A stretch of DNA of 63,581 bases from Rhynchobatus australiae. Lineage: Eukaryota. Both the position numbers and the translations under genes were made by a program. Shown in pieces: positions 48,521-62,200 of this stretch. Positions within the stretch are counted from its first letter, which is position 1, and the number at the start of each line of letters is the position of its first letter. The notes beneath the pieces are model-generated. The model did no database searches. It was not told the origin of the DNA and worked only from the letters and a program-made list of their open reading frames with translations. Location: NCBI GenBank assembly GCA_034780895.1, contig JAUZTB010000066.1, positions 25,105,036 through 25,168,616 of the forward strand. Direction: 5' to 3'.

Positions 48521-51500
48521 GAGATCCACTTTACCTCCTGTATGCTAAAGATGACCCTTTTAAGGGGCAGAAATGGCACAACAATGTGACAGCATCTCAT
48601 TGCCTGAGTAAATGCACTCTCAGATCAAAGTTTATCCTGGGGTTTTTGTATTCAGTTCTTTTGATTTCTTCATCTTCTCTAACTCCTCTGACAATCAGGC
48701 TATGTACATCTCCATTTCCGAACTCGCCAAAACTGAGATTTGTTTTTTACTGCTTGACTTTCTATGTCTGAAATCTTTAAAATCTCATTGTTTACTGGCA
48801 GCCTTGTCACACGCACTTGTGGTTGGTTAGAGGGCCCTGTGTGCACAAAGATTTGGTTGGAAGCCGTTCCATGCATTGGGGTTTGGGTACTGGGCAGTGA
48901 ACAAACTGGGGTTTGGTTCGAGGGATCATCTTGTGTTTTTACTGGAGTGGCTGCCTGCACAGATTTGGTTTGCAGCATAAGTGCATGTACATATGTTGAC
49001 TTTCAGACTGTGAGGCAGTCCTTCAGATTGAACTGCTGGCTCTGATTTTATCATTCCTTCATGTGAATGAGCTGTCGACTGCCTTTCATTCTTTCAGAGG
49101 GTGGTATGAACCTTTTAACTCAAAGGAGACTGATAGACAATGCTTGTGCATATTTCTTTATATTCTGCTTGAATATACATTTCACGGATAACTTCAGGGA
49201 GTCAAAATATGTGTCACTAAAAGCAGTGTGAATCTTACCAAACAATATCCCTGCAGCCTGTGGCAGGGAACTGGTTAGCTGCTGCTGTGGTTAATCAGCT
49301 ATGTTAACAAATGCACTCTGGTTTGGAGAATCAGATAACTTCTGAGTGTTTATGTTTGTGTTGTTGTAACAAAGCACTTATCAGTTATATTGAAAGGGAT
49401 AAAAGTTACAAATCTGCCGAGCGTGGAATTCAAACAGGGCTGAGAGAGGCTGCAAGCTTTAGCTGGGATTTTTGAAGCTGTGGCATAGTTTAGGTGTGGC
49501 CCACACCACTGATTACTGAATGCAAATATTGTTTCATGCCCAAGACTATCAATATTAACTGTACATCCAGAAATGTCCCAGTAAAACCCTCACTCTCTCT
49601 GGTACCAAGTAAATACTGAAACATGGGGCAGCCCTGTTGTACTCTGTCCAAGGACAGCTGTGAAATCTCTTATGTTAACTCCTTGTTAGCTTGTACTAGG
49701 ATCAAGAATTAATATAATTTAGCCAAGACCATGTTGCAGTAGGATCCTGGTGGCTTTTAACATCTTTAATATGATTGGTACAAGGCATCTGAGCTTTTGT
49801 TTCTACCAATTTTGACCAGTGAGATGACTGACAGTCTTCCAAGTGGTGCTTGTTGATCCTTGCAGATGTTTACCCCACATCAGCTCCCCCCTAACAGTGC
49901 CACAAAATAGGAAGGCTGGTGACATAAATAATGAAAGAAGCAAGAAAGTGCTAAGGGATCAGAGGAAAGTGTTTCTACTCCAACCCCTCCCCATCCTTTA
50001 GCATTTAAAAGCGGTTCATAATTAACCAACACAGAGCAGGGCACGTTGCTCGATTTGCTGATCTCTTGTATGACTCCATTTGGACCCAGTGCTCCTGTGT
50101 CAGAAAGAATTAACCTGCATTACTGATTTGACATTATCCTTGTCCATTGGTTAAGAGGGGTTCCTCTTGCCTGCTGCCAGTACCTCCAAAGCAAAGTAAT
50201 TGGGAAGATGCTGGTAAAACCTATCATCGTCACCTGATATTTAACATTGTGGTGCTCGTTCAAATGTTGTTCTGCAGCTGGACTAAGGGCACCAGCCGCA
50301 GGCCACGTGTGGGCCAGTAGTTACAATCACACAGTTCTGATGATCTTGATATAGGTTACCTCGNNNNNNNNNNNNNNNNNNNNNNNNNNNNNNNNNNNNN
50401 NNNNNNNNNNNNNNNNNNNNNNNAAATAGATCAGAAAAGAAAAGAATTAGTAATGAAAAATTCTGCAGAATAAAAGGAATGCTGAATAAAATGTTAAAAT
50501 CCTGTACTTATCCTAGATTCTGTAATAAGAACAATCTAACACAAGTGTTGTGATTGCATGTACATTGTTCCCTTTTTTGTATGAGAACTTTATGAAGATG
50601 GCTCCTACTGAAAGCTGCTTTATTTTGCAGAATGCAAAGCAGTAGGCAAAACTGCACCATTGAAGGCACCTGTTGTATCCAGTAATTGTTTTAAGAGAAA
50701 CTGATGTGCCCACTGTAGGTGTCGCATTCATCCCATTGACGTTATGGCCCCTCACAATCTGAAAGGGTAGAGCTATGAGGTATTGACTGATCCCATTGGG
50801 ATTGGATGGTAGGGTGGAAGGACTCACTGCCACTCTACAGCAGTCAGGGTCATGATACAGACGTTTTCTCTCTGCTTTCAGATAGGTGGGAACCTGGCAT
50901 TCCATCAAAATTACAGGAACTAAGTGTGTAACCTAATCCGCTACTTCTCTTTCTACTAAAGCTTAAATATCAAAAAGTAAGCACAGGAACAATGATGTCT
51001 AACTGAACTGTGCCAGTGTGAAACTGAGATTGCTCCACTCTTTCATTGTGTTTGGAGTCTTGGGTTTCCCCTTAGTGTTTGTAAAAAAAAAAGAGAAAAG
51101 AAGAAAAATTTAGGCAAGATTTAATTGAACAGTTTTACCTCCAGTGGGAGCAGGAGTGTTGAACTGCATTTGACCATTTGCATGTTGCACCTCATGTAGT
51201 TATTTCTCTTAAAACTTTGCACAGTCCATCACAGTCCACAGTGTATCACATTGAAAGAGTTCTTGCACTTTTGTGTATACAGTAATGCTAATTTCTTTGT
51301 CAATATGGAAGCTTTTACATGATCCCACAGTGCACTATGAATATGAAAACTCAGATGGGTACTGGTCATGTTCAAATTGTATAGCACAACTTTCATTTAT
51401 ACTCCTCCTGGATGGTGATGATAAAAGATATCTATTCAGTCCTCAAGCCATAAATAACGGACTCAGCTGCCAAGTGCAGGTTCCTGGTGTAGTATAAGAA

Positions 51501-51679
51501 TTTCTCCAGTCTGAGCTGCCTTAGTTGGGACAAGGGTGTAAGCCCTGGCACACACCTGCCACTGACATAATTTTCCATCAGTGCTGTGCTGGACAGCTCC
51601 CTGTAAACCACAGCACGCACTTCCAGAGAAGAATTACTCACTTTGTAAACTTTAATAAAGGAAGAGGTTTGATATAGAA

Positions 51680-54640
51680 TCAGAGAAAGAACATTTACAA
51701 TGCAGACAGAAGCCATTCACCTGTTACACCTATGGCAGTAACAAAAGAGCTAGCCAACAGTCCCAACACTTAATCTGTAGCCCTGTTGGTCAGAGCTCTT
51801 CAGATACCATAGCTCATCCAAGTACCATTTCACTGTGAGAGTATTTTTTTCCTGTCCACCATCTGTTCACTCAGTAGGTTCCAGATCCCTACCGCACTTT
51901 GGATTTTAAAAAAAATTTCCACGTTTGCCCTTTTTAATATTTCTACTAATTAGTTTAAATCTATATCCTCTGGTTTTTTAGTCTCTGTACTAAAGGAAAT
52001 AGGTCCTTTCCATTTACTGTATCTAGACTTTGCTTAATTTTGTAGATCACATTTAAGTTTCCCCCCAGCCTCTATTGCGCCAGAGAAAATAACCTTTGAT
52101 TATCCAATCTCTTCATTTAATTACAATTTTCTAGTGCTGGACGGTTTTTGTAATTCTCTCCAACACATTTATCCCTTGCCCGTAATATGGTAGCCAGAAC
52201 TGTACACGTTACTCAATCTGTGGTCTAAATTGTATTCTATACAGTTCTGACACAACAACAACTTCCCTGCTCTTTGTCTCAGTTATAAAAGAGAAGCATC
52301 CTGTATGACTTTTTAGCCTGCCTTGCAAACTTTAAGGATTAATGGACAAACATTCAAAGATGCTTATCTTCTCAAAACCATTCATTCTCTTATGTTTGTA
52401 CAGTTCCTTGCATGCTAAATGTGTTACCTCACACTTCTGGATTAAGTTGCATTTGTCATATTCCTATGCAATTAAGTCAGTATCTTCCGGCAGTCTAAAG
52501 CTTTTTGTCAATCAGACAATTTTTGTATCATCTGCCACCTTTTTTTTATCATGTCCCCTACATTTGGGACCAAGTCAATATTCTGTATAAAAGTGCGTGT
52601 CAACCATCACCCTCTACTTCGTGCAACTAAGCTAATTTTGGATTTAGTTTGCCACTCTCCCCACTAGTTTTTGAACAACCAGTCTTGTGGAATGTTTTTG
52701 AAAGCTTTGTTGAAGTCTACGTAGATTCGATCCCACTGCCTTCATCAACTCTCCCTGTTACCCACTCAAAAATAAACTTGTTTGTTATTTAACACTGCCT
52801 TCCCTTGATAAATCCAGGTTGACTGCCTCTGGTTAATTTGTGTCTTTCTAAATGAAGATTTATACTTTGCCTCAATGTGGACCCCAATAACTGGCCCACC
52901 ACTGAAGTTAAAGTAACCAGCCTATAAATATTTGGTTTATTCCCTTTTCCCTTATGGTACAGAATTAGCTCTAATCCTCTGGCACAACTCCTTTAATCAG
53001 AGTAGATTTTAAAATTGTAGCCAGAACCTCTGTGATTTCCATCCTTGCATCTTTAACAGCTTGGGATACATCTCATCTTGGCCTGGTAATTTATCCATTG
53101 TCAAGATGATGAGCCCCTTAACATTTGTTCTTTAATTATATTTATCCCATGCTTGTTCACCTTAACTATAACAACAATGTTATCCTCTTTTGTGAAGACA
53201 GATGTAAAATATTCATGAATCAATATGTCTATATCTTCCACTTTTGCATACAGTTACCCTTTTGGTCCCTTAATAGACATACTCTTTCTTTAGTTATCCT
53301 CTTGCTCTTTATGTACATAAAAATTCTTTGGATCCATTTTGATTTTACTGGCCTTGTTATTCATCCGCTCGCTTTGCTTTCCTGATTTCCCTTTTTAATT
53401 TCACTCCTGTCCTTTCTGTTGTATTAAGCACTTGGTAGCTGATGTAAGGTTCTCTTTTTTGCCTTGTCCTACCTACTATGTGCCTTGTTATCCAAGGAGC
53501 TCTAGATTTTGTGGTATCCCTCTTTTTCTTTATGGGAACGTTTATCTTCAGCCCCAGAATCTCCCAATTCTTCCAAAATTGGTTTATCTTCACGTAGTCT
53601 TGAAGTCCAGTCCGATTTTGCTGAATTACTTCTGCCTAGTAAAGCCTATCTCCACTTCAAAGCTCATTATATTTTACTCCATTGTCTTAATCCCACCTGT
53701 TTAGTACCATCAGCAAACTTGGAAAATGTTATTTGGTTGCCCCTGGTATTTGTGATATGAATTATGTACAATTGAGGCCCAAGCACCGATCTCAGCTTTC
53801 ATTTTATTCGCATTCTTCCCTTTCTTAGTCCATGTCAGCATATTACCATCAGTTCCATGTGCTCTAACCTTATTGAAAAACTTCCTGCATCTTATCAAAA
53901 GTCTATTGCAAACTTAGATACACTAAATTCACTGACACTTCCTTATCTGTTCTGCTAGTCACATCCTTGGAGAGCTCCAGCAGATTTTCCATTCATAAAT
54001 TCATGCTGACTCTGTTCAATCTTAGTATTCTTTTCAAGGCATCTTGTCATTACATCCTTCCTTATAGATTCCAGCCTTTCCCCTACTACTTGCATCAAGC
54101 TAACAAGTTGGTAGTTCACTGTTTTCTCTGCCCCCCCTCCCACTTTCTTAAGCAGGATCACATTGTTGCCCTCCACAGAGAGGGAGCGTTCCAGAATCTA
54201 TAGAGAAAGATGAGAGGGGAATCTCATTAAAACCTACTGAATACAGAAAAGCCTGGATAGACTGAACGTGGAGAGGATGTTTCTGTTTGTAGGAGAGTCT
54301 AGGATCTGTGGGCACGGTCTCAGAATAAAGGGACATCCCTTTAGAACTGAGATGAGGAGGAATTTCTTCAGCCAGAATTTGTTGCCATGGAGGGCTGTGG
54401 TTCCCAAGTCATTGGGTGTATTTAAGGCAGAGATTGATAGGTTCCTGATTGGTAAAGGGGTTAAGATTTACAGGGAGAATGCAGGAGAATGGGGTTGGGG
54501 AAAAAAATGGCCATGATTGAATGGTGGAGCCAACTTGATGGGCAAAATGGCCTAATTCTGCTCCTATGTCTTATGGTCTAATTTTAGAAGGTGTTAACTA
54601 AAGCATCCATTATCTCCATAGCCACTGTTTTACAAAAGAG
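51680..54640 (-). mobile_element. Patchwork of old CR1 LINE ORF2 fragments
   Basis: Minus-strand NYQLVSL..VGERLESI..IEQSQHEFM (53955-54176), KVRAHG.DG, APWIT and a 3' tail at ~51690-52250. Confidence 0.8.
54208..54580 (+). mobile_element. Younger CR1/HER1 3' end nested in the older CR1
   Basis: ERMF..VGESR..GHGLRIKG.PFRTEMRRNFFSQ with tail ctgctcctatgtcttatggtct. Host sequence resumes after 54580. Confidence 0.9.
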
Positions 54641-55739
54641 CTTGTACCAGTTGTGTAATTTTTGCACTTCAAATACGCATTCAGTTCCATTTTAAAAGCC
54701 ACCAGTGACTCCTCCGTCGGTGGTTTAATGATTGGAGTGGAACAAAGGATTCCATCTCCAATATGTGATTCTTGCAACAAGAAATACTTTGGGGAGTGGG
54801 ATCCACCTTACCATCTCCACAAATGAGGTCATTCTGTTGCCTGCTAACTTACAAGCAATCCCTATGTTCCAGCTGTTAAAGGTTATAGAAATTCACCCTT
54901 ACAGAATTCATAAATCAGAACCCAAAAATTTGAGATACAGAATAAATTTCTCTGGACATTTGTGTGGGGAAAATTAAATAAATCAACAGGCTTTGTTTTT
55001 CAGCTTGTGTTTTGTGATGTGCGCACGAGTGATGCAGCTTCACATTATGGAAAGTAGCGGCACAGATCATTTCCTAGGAACACAACCCTGCTTTCCCCCG
55101 TCCCCCTCCAATAATGTGGGGATTGCCTGTATATGTCCTTTCATGAAAGCTATGGTCCAGCATGTAACTCCAAGAAAGTGTTGATGTGGCAGAGGGCAGA
55201 TATTATTACAGTGAAGGCATATCCTTGAGGCTGCTGGTTATTCCTAATTGTTTACATGGTGCCCTATTCTGTTCCAAATGTGTAATAATGTAGACTTTTC
55301 CAATTAAACATACAGCACTACAGCCTGTCCACGGTGTTCACCTCACCAATTGACCCAGGGCCTCACTCTCACCTTCACAGATGCTAATCAGTTTATCACG
55401 CAATAAACTGATCAAATTAACAGCCTGCCGCCTTCAGGTTTACTATATGGGCCGTGTATTTTAAATTACGCATTTTGATCAGCGTCCAACTTTGTGGCTT
55501 TAAAACGAAACCACATTTCCTTTTGTAATCTGTGTTCCCACTCCTCACAGCTGTCATTAAACCCTGCTGGAAAATTTCTTCTCAAAGAGAGATCGATCAG
55601 CTTTAGCTATATTTCTACAGCTTTGACTAGCTTGCCCAGTTTTGTTTAGGGGTAGGAATACATACATGGGAAAGGGTCTTAGTAGTATCCACATCTTGGG
55701 TTCTCTGTAGGAAGTCCATGCCCCTGTCCCTTGGGTGTT

Positions 55740-57860
55740 CTCAAGATTGAAGGTTATGGAATGAAGTGTGCTGTGGCACCATAAATTGAAAACTAGCTAA
55801 GTAACAGGAAAATGGAAGTAGTAGTAAAAGGTTTTTCTGACTCGAGGGAAATGGAGGTGAAGTTCCCCTGGTGGAAGTAGTGGGACCACTGGTTAATTGG
55901 TATTAATGGCTTGGGCTTTGGTGTACAGGTACAATTCCCAGATTTGTATACGACACAAAACTTGGAGCATTACTGAGGAGGATAGCAATAAACCAAAGAA
56001 AGATGGACATACTGGTGGGATGGGCAGATTAAATTTAGTGCTGAGAACTATAGTATTACATTTTGGTAAGAAGAATGAGAAGAGTAAATAATTAGGATAA
56101 CAAACAGAATGTTATCATTTTTTTGCCAGGGGAAAGGGACATGAAAGTAGAAAGGTTATGGTTCAGTTATATTGGACTTTGGGCAGACCACATCTCAAGT
56201 ACTGTGTACAGTATTGATTTCCTTATTTAAGGAGGCATGTTAATACATTGNNNNNNNNNNNNNNNNNNNNNNNNNNNNNNNNNNNNNNNNNNNNNNNNNN
56301 NNNNNNNNNNNNNNNNNNNNNNNNNNNNNNNNNNNNNNNNNNNNNNNNNNAAGGAGGCATGTTAATACATTGGAAACAGTCTAGAGAAGACCAGTACCTG
56401 GAATGAGTAGGCAGTCTTGTGAGGAAGAATTGGACAGGTGGAGCATATATAGGGTAGAAGTTGGTTGCTTGAGAGGGGACCTGCTTGATACGTCTAAGAT
56501 CCTGAGGGCTCTTGACAGGGTGGATGCAAACAGAATATTTTCTGAATAAGGGTCCTGACCCAAAATGTTGACTGCCTGCTTTCCTCCACAGATGCTGCCT
56601 GGCCTGCTGAGTTCCTTCAGCATCATTGTGTTTTTCATCTACATTCCTGCATCTGCAGTCCTTTGTTTCTCTATAATGTTTTCTTTTGTAGGAGGATCAA
56701 GAAGCAGGGTTACCTTTTCAAAGAAAAGATATCGCCCATTTAAGACATAGTTGAAGTGATTTTTTTTCCCTCTGAATACTGAGATTTTTTTTTGGAGCTC
56801 TCTTTAAAGGGCTGTGGAATCACAGGTTTTGAATATTTTTAAGGCAGAGATAGACAGCTTCTTGGTAAGCAAGGAGGTGAATGGTTACTGTGGGTGGACG
56901 GGAACGAGAGTGGAGGTTGCCATCACGTCAGTGTGATCTTATTAAATGGCAGGGTGGACCTTAGGGTAAAGTGGTCTACCTCTTGCTGCTAATATACAAA
57001 AGCAATATAAACCAGGTGGCACAATTCTAAGAGGGGCACAACAATAAAGAGATCTGGGTGTACGTGTGCAGAGTTTGTTGAAAGTGGCAGGGCTGCTTGA
57101 GAAAGTGATGAAAAATAACATATTGGATAATAGAGACAGAGTACCNNNNNNNNNNNNNNNNNNNNNNNNNNNNNNNNNNNNNNNNNNNNNNNNNNNNNNN
57201 NNNNNNNNNNNNNNNNNNNNNNNNNNNNNNNNNNNNNNNNNNNNNNNNNNNNNNNNNNNNNNNNNNNNNNNNNNNNNNNNNNNNNNNNNNNNNNNNNNNN
57301 NNNNNNNNNNNNNNNNNNNNNNNNNNNNNNNNNCAGCAAGAAAGTCATATTTATACAACATTGATTGGAGTAGTTCTGTGTGCCATACTTTATTTAAAAA
57401 AAAGGTTTAAGGGCTTAAGGGAAGCTACCAAAATAATTTAAGGAATAGGAATGTCGCCACTGTGAATAAACTGGAGAAGCTGGGATTGTTCCCATTGGAA
57501 CTGAGGAGGTTGCAAAGGGATTTGATAGGAGTATTTAAAATAAAGGGTATAGACAAAACAGAGAGAAACAGTTCTCATAAGTAGGGGGATCATTATCGAC
57601 AGTACATAGAAGGTGATTTGCAAAAGTACAGATGTTAACATGAGGAAAATACCTGTTGTGTCATAAAGGTCTGGAATACACTACTAAGGGTAGTGGTCAA
57701 GACAGGTTAAACAAAGAGTTGAATGAGTATCTGAAAAGAGAGAATTTGTAAGGATAAGGGGAAAGGGTGAGAGAATAGAATTGTCTGGGTAATTCTTGCA
57801 CTGAACTAGCCTGGACTTGCTAAATGGCCTTTAACTGTGCTATCATTGTTCCATGTTCTT
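55740..57860 (+). mobile_element. CR1 LINE 3' fragments (at least two copies) with a nested Penelope terminus at ~56540-56670
   Basis: VLHFGKKN, agtactgtgtacagtatt, agagatctgggtgtacgtgtgca (RDLGV), ctggagaagctgggattgttc and two 3' tails. Confidence 0.8.
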
Positions 57861-59179
57861 TCTATATTTTAAATTTCTTATTGCATTTTGTGCACCATTG
57901 CCTTATTAGCAGCTGAATGATATAGTAACATCAATGAAAAACACTATGATGCCGGAGGAACTCAGCAGGCCAGCAATGATTTGTGTTCCTTTAACTCGTC
58001 TCTCTGTGCGTTGTCATTATGACCCATCCATGTTCCATAACCATAATCAAGTGATTTGTTTAATAATACATGATGAGTATTATGAACCTGAAAAGCCAGA
58101 ATAAAATCCCTAATTATTGATATTAAAGTAGAACTGCCTGTATTTTGACCTATTTCCCTAGTAGAGTGGATGCCATTGTCAAAGGTGCCAATGCCCAGTC
58201 TCAGCATTTCCCCCTTTGTGGAGGCTGGGATTTGTATATTACATGTTTCTCTCTATCCGTGCCTACCTTTTTAATTTAGCAATCTGCTTGTCTGATCTAT
58301 GATTCATTGCGAAATTGATTCTTCAGTGAACTTGAAGAGTGATTGACCATGATTGACGCAGTATTCTGACTGTAATCAGTGCAGAGACTGATTTGCTGCT
58401 TGCTACAAATTTTCCTGAACTTTTTTTTGCTGCAATGTGCTCACTGAATTGGGTGATCACATAACGTATATAAATGAAGGTCAAATGTGCTGCCATGAAG
58501 AATTTTTCTAGTTTAGTGTTTGCAAAGAACTCAAGTAAATTGGAATGTAAAATGTAGTTGGTGGAATAAGTCTTTCTTAAGCCTGTGAATAGTTTGATTA
58601 GGAATTTCTGTAGATGAGAATGACTTCATGTGGGGTGGTTTTTGTTCTTTTAGCACAACTTTAGACTTTTTTAAACTGATCTGAGCTCTGGAAACCTCTT
58701 GCGAAATTTTGATCCCCAGCCATAGTAAGAGCACAGTAGTATGGCATTCTCATTATGTATCATTCATGGGGGAGAAGGACCAATGCAGGAAAGGATGGTG
58801 AGGTAGCATGTCAGGGGGGTACAATCCATCAGGTATTTGCCACCTCCCACAACCTTCTCTAGTTACTTGCATGTATAGATTTTGTGTAATGGCTTGAAAA
58901 ACATCTTTATCCTTAACACAATGTGCTGTAAGCAGTCACAATATATTCATCAAGTGAAAATGTGCCTCCCTTGACATCTTCATGAAGAAAATCCTGTCAA
59001 TGCATGCTTTATGGGCCATGGCCCTAACTTCATTCCTGCATGGCCAAAGAACAACAGTAGTCAATGAGAGGGACATACTGTAAGTGACCGCATTTGTTTA
59101 GATAGGTCAGGAGTGAAAACACTGTTTTCTGAACAACTTCATCCATCCTGAGAAGCTTGCCTTATCAGCTTTGGAGGTA

Positions 59180-59875
59180 GAGTACACAAAACAGCGCAGC
59201 ACAGAACAGGCCCTTCCTGATGATTATTGCACTGAACGTGGTGCCAAATCAAACTGAACTTCTGCCTGTACGTTATCCGTATGCCTCCATTCCATGCATA
59301 TTCATGCGCCTATCTAAATGCCTCTTAAACATCACTATTATATCTGCTTCCACTGCGTAAAATACTTGCCCCACCCCCACCCCCCCACACACACACACAC
59401 ACATCTCCTTTAAACTTTTCCCCTCTCACCTCAAATGCATGTCCTCCAGTATTTGATATTTCTANNNNNNNNNNNNNNNNNNNNNNNNNNNNNNNNNNNN
59501 NNNNNNNNNNNNNNNNNNNNNNNNNNNNNNNNNNNNNNNNNNNNNNNNNNNNNNNNNNNNNNNNACACACACACACACACATCTCCTTGAAACTTTTCCC
59601 CTCTCACCTCAAATGCATGTCCTCCAGTATTTGATATTTCTACCCTGGGAGAAAGATTCTGACTGTCAACCCTATCTATGCCTCTCATAATTTTATAAAC
59701 TTCTATCAAGACTCCCCTCAGCCTCCAATGGTCCAGAGAAAACAATCCAAGTTTGTCCAACCTCCCCTGACAGCTCATACCCTCTTATGCACACAGAATC
59801 TGGGTAAACCTCTTCTGCACCTTCTCCAAAGCCTCCACATCCTTCCTGTAATGGGGTGACCAAAACTGCACACAA
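59180..59875 (-). mobile_element. CR1/HER1 LINE 3' end with (CA)n
   Basis: RLDKLGLFSL..RLRGVLIEVYKIMRGIDRVD..TGGHAF; same subfamily as 30300-30630. Confidence 0.92.
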
Positions 59876-61854
59876 TTAAGTGTTTGAAATTTCTCAGAGA
59901 AGGGAAAAAGTTTAAAACAATTTCAAAAATGCCTGCTCCGAACTGACCTGAAATCCCTATCCCAGATGCAACATGGTGTAGCATCAAGAAGTGATTTCCA
60001 GCATAATGGCCCAGTTTGGACTACTGCAATCTAGGAGGCCAGCAACTGACCACAATAACCTATACAACTCTGCTAGGACAAGATTAAACAAAGTTTCAGC
60101 ATCCAAAGCAGCAGACAGCAGCCCAGGAGAATTCCCTCTGGGTTCTGCTACATTGGTTGCTGGGCAGCAGTTAAAAGACAACTTGCATTGCTGTAGCTTT
60201 GGAGTTGCATTTAGACCAGACAGGGTAAGAGCAAGACATTTCCTTCCCCAAAGGATAACCTGGTTGAATTTTACAATCCTCAGTCAGCAATGTATCATAT
60301 AGTCAGTGATAATAAATCTGATTCTGACTCTGAATACTGATAATTAAATTAATGTGGAATAAAAAGTGAGTGAACTGCCCTGGTGAGATGGGAATTTTTC
60401 TGGAATTTTAATCCAGATTTCTCGATGACTGGTTCAGTAAGTTAAACACCCTGTTGATGCCTCCAGTTGGAGGAGAAACAGTTCACTAGGGGTTCCTTCC
60501 ACTGAGATCAGTGTGTGTGAGAGCCAAAGGAGGTTTGAGTTTGATTCCCAGCCTTCAACTACACACAGACACCGGACAGTGAGGACTTTTGTGTGAGCAA
60601 AGCTGCACAAACAGGGCAGTGTAAAACTGGAACTTTCCTCTCAAAAGGATGAAGATTCTGGGAGTCGATTGAGAGATAAGGCTAAGGTGAAAGGAGTTTT
60701 ATTAATGAGGGAGCCAGGGGATCAAGTGGAGAGTATTCCATCACACTCCTGACTTGAGTCTTGTAGACGATGGACAGGTATTAGAAGGCGAGTTACTCGC
60801 CATGGGATTTCTAGCCTCTGACCTGCTCTTGTAGCCTCATTGTTTATATGGTTTCTCCAGTTCAATTTCTCCATTCCAGTATCTCTTGGCTCAAATAGCA
60901 CCAGATTTTATATTAGTCTGATTTGGTTGTTTTGTGATATCATTGTGTCCTTCTACAAAAGTACTACCTGTTTTAGAGTACTGTGCTCCATGAAAAACCC
61001 TGCAACTCTATTTTCCACCCCTTAGTTCTCCTTCCAGGGATAACTTCAACCTACAGTTGAGCCAAGCATCACAGACATGAGGTATTGCAAAGTTTTCAAA
61101 TCCCCGTCTTTCACTACCAACCTTTACTCCTCATTCTTAGGACAGTTGACTGACTTTTAGGTAAATTATGTTCCCAATTGCAATTTAAAATTCACAATCT
61201 GCTGCAAAGATCTACCATTTAAGTTCTTAATTTCGGCCTGAGGTGCGGAGGGAGTTATGGAGCCATTGACTGTTTCAGTTGAATCTTGAATCATCTGCAC
61301 TAAACAGGACAATATGTGTGTATGATTTATACACACATGTGCTCCTTTTATTGGCGAACTATTTCAGGGATTCCAGTTCTTAATCTCTCAAACATTGCCA
61401 ACAAGGTGTGTCCTGCATAAAAACTGTTCAGTTGGTGCCGTGCTGCAGATAATATCAAAGGACTCTGAGGAGTGACTAACTGGCTGGAGTTGTTTTAATC
61501 ATAGGCATGTTTCTACCTTATCATAAAGGGAGGGTGTAAAATGCTGCCTAGTCATTAAAGAAAGTGTGCTGACAATGGAGCCTTGTTCTTTGACATTGGG
61601 GAGCAGGGAACTGATTAAAGTGTAACGTACAGCACCTAGATAAGGCCAAATTGTAACTCGAGGTTGGATTATAGAATGTCCCTTTTAACCCTTTGCCTGT
61701 TGATCTTGGTAACTGACCATCTTTTATTTATCTGTTTGGGCTCGTTTTTCATCAACTCCTTTGGTACTGCAAATTCTCATTGCTGTCCATGTACCTCCCC
61801 AAATGACCGAGGTATTGAGTGCCTAAAGGATATTCAGCCTTTCAGGATTTTGTT

Positions 61855-62200
61855 TTCTTGTGTGTTAATCGCTGGGAAGACCAGCATTTATTGCCCTTCC
61901 ATAACTACATCTAGAATAGTGAGCTACTTTCTCGAGCCATTCCTATACTGTTGGTGTATCTATAGTGTTATCACTAAGATAGTTTCAGGATTTTGACGGA
62001 AAGACTGGTGACTTTGAAAGATTGGTGATACACTTGCAAATCAAGATGATGTGCAACTTTGGAGATGGACAGTGGGAGGCGAGATTGTGAGGGAACTTGC
62101 TGGGGTGGTAATCCCATGCAGCAGTTGCCTTTGTCCTTCCATACTTGGGAGCTGCTATCAGAATTCTTGGCGAATTGTTGCAACTTGAATACATTCTGGA
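61855..62200 (-). mobile_element. Old CR1-group LINE 3' end; related pieces at ~60730-60880 and ~62900-63380
   Basis: cgctgggaagaccagcatttattgccc..tttcaggattttgac..gagggaacttgc..ttgcctttgtccttc is the reverse complement of tails seen at ~11020-11070 and ~35500-35545. Confidence 0.55.

Noticed and set aside
48460-48771. DPLYL..DD as the next RNF43 exon (HPLYLCN)
   Set aside because: It lacks the conserved Cys and IVKLE continuation, and no good acceptor lies in the right position.
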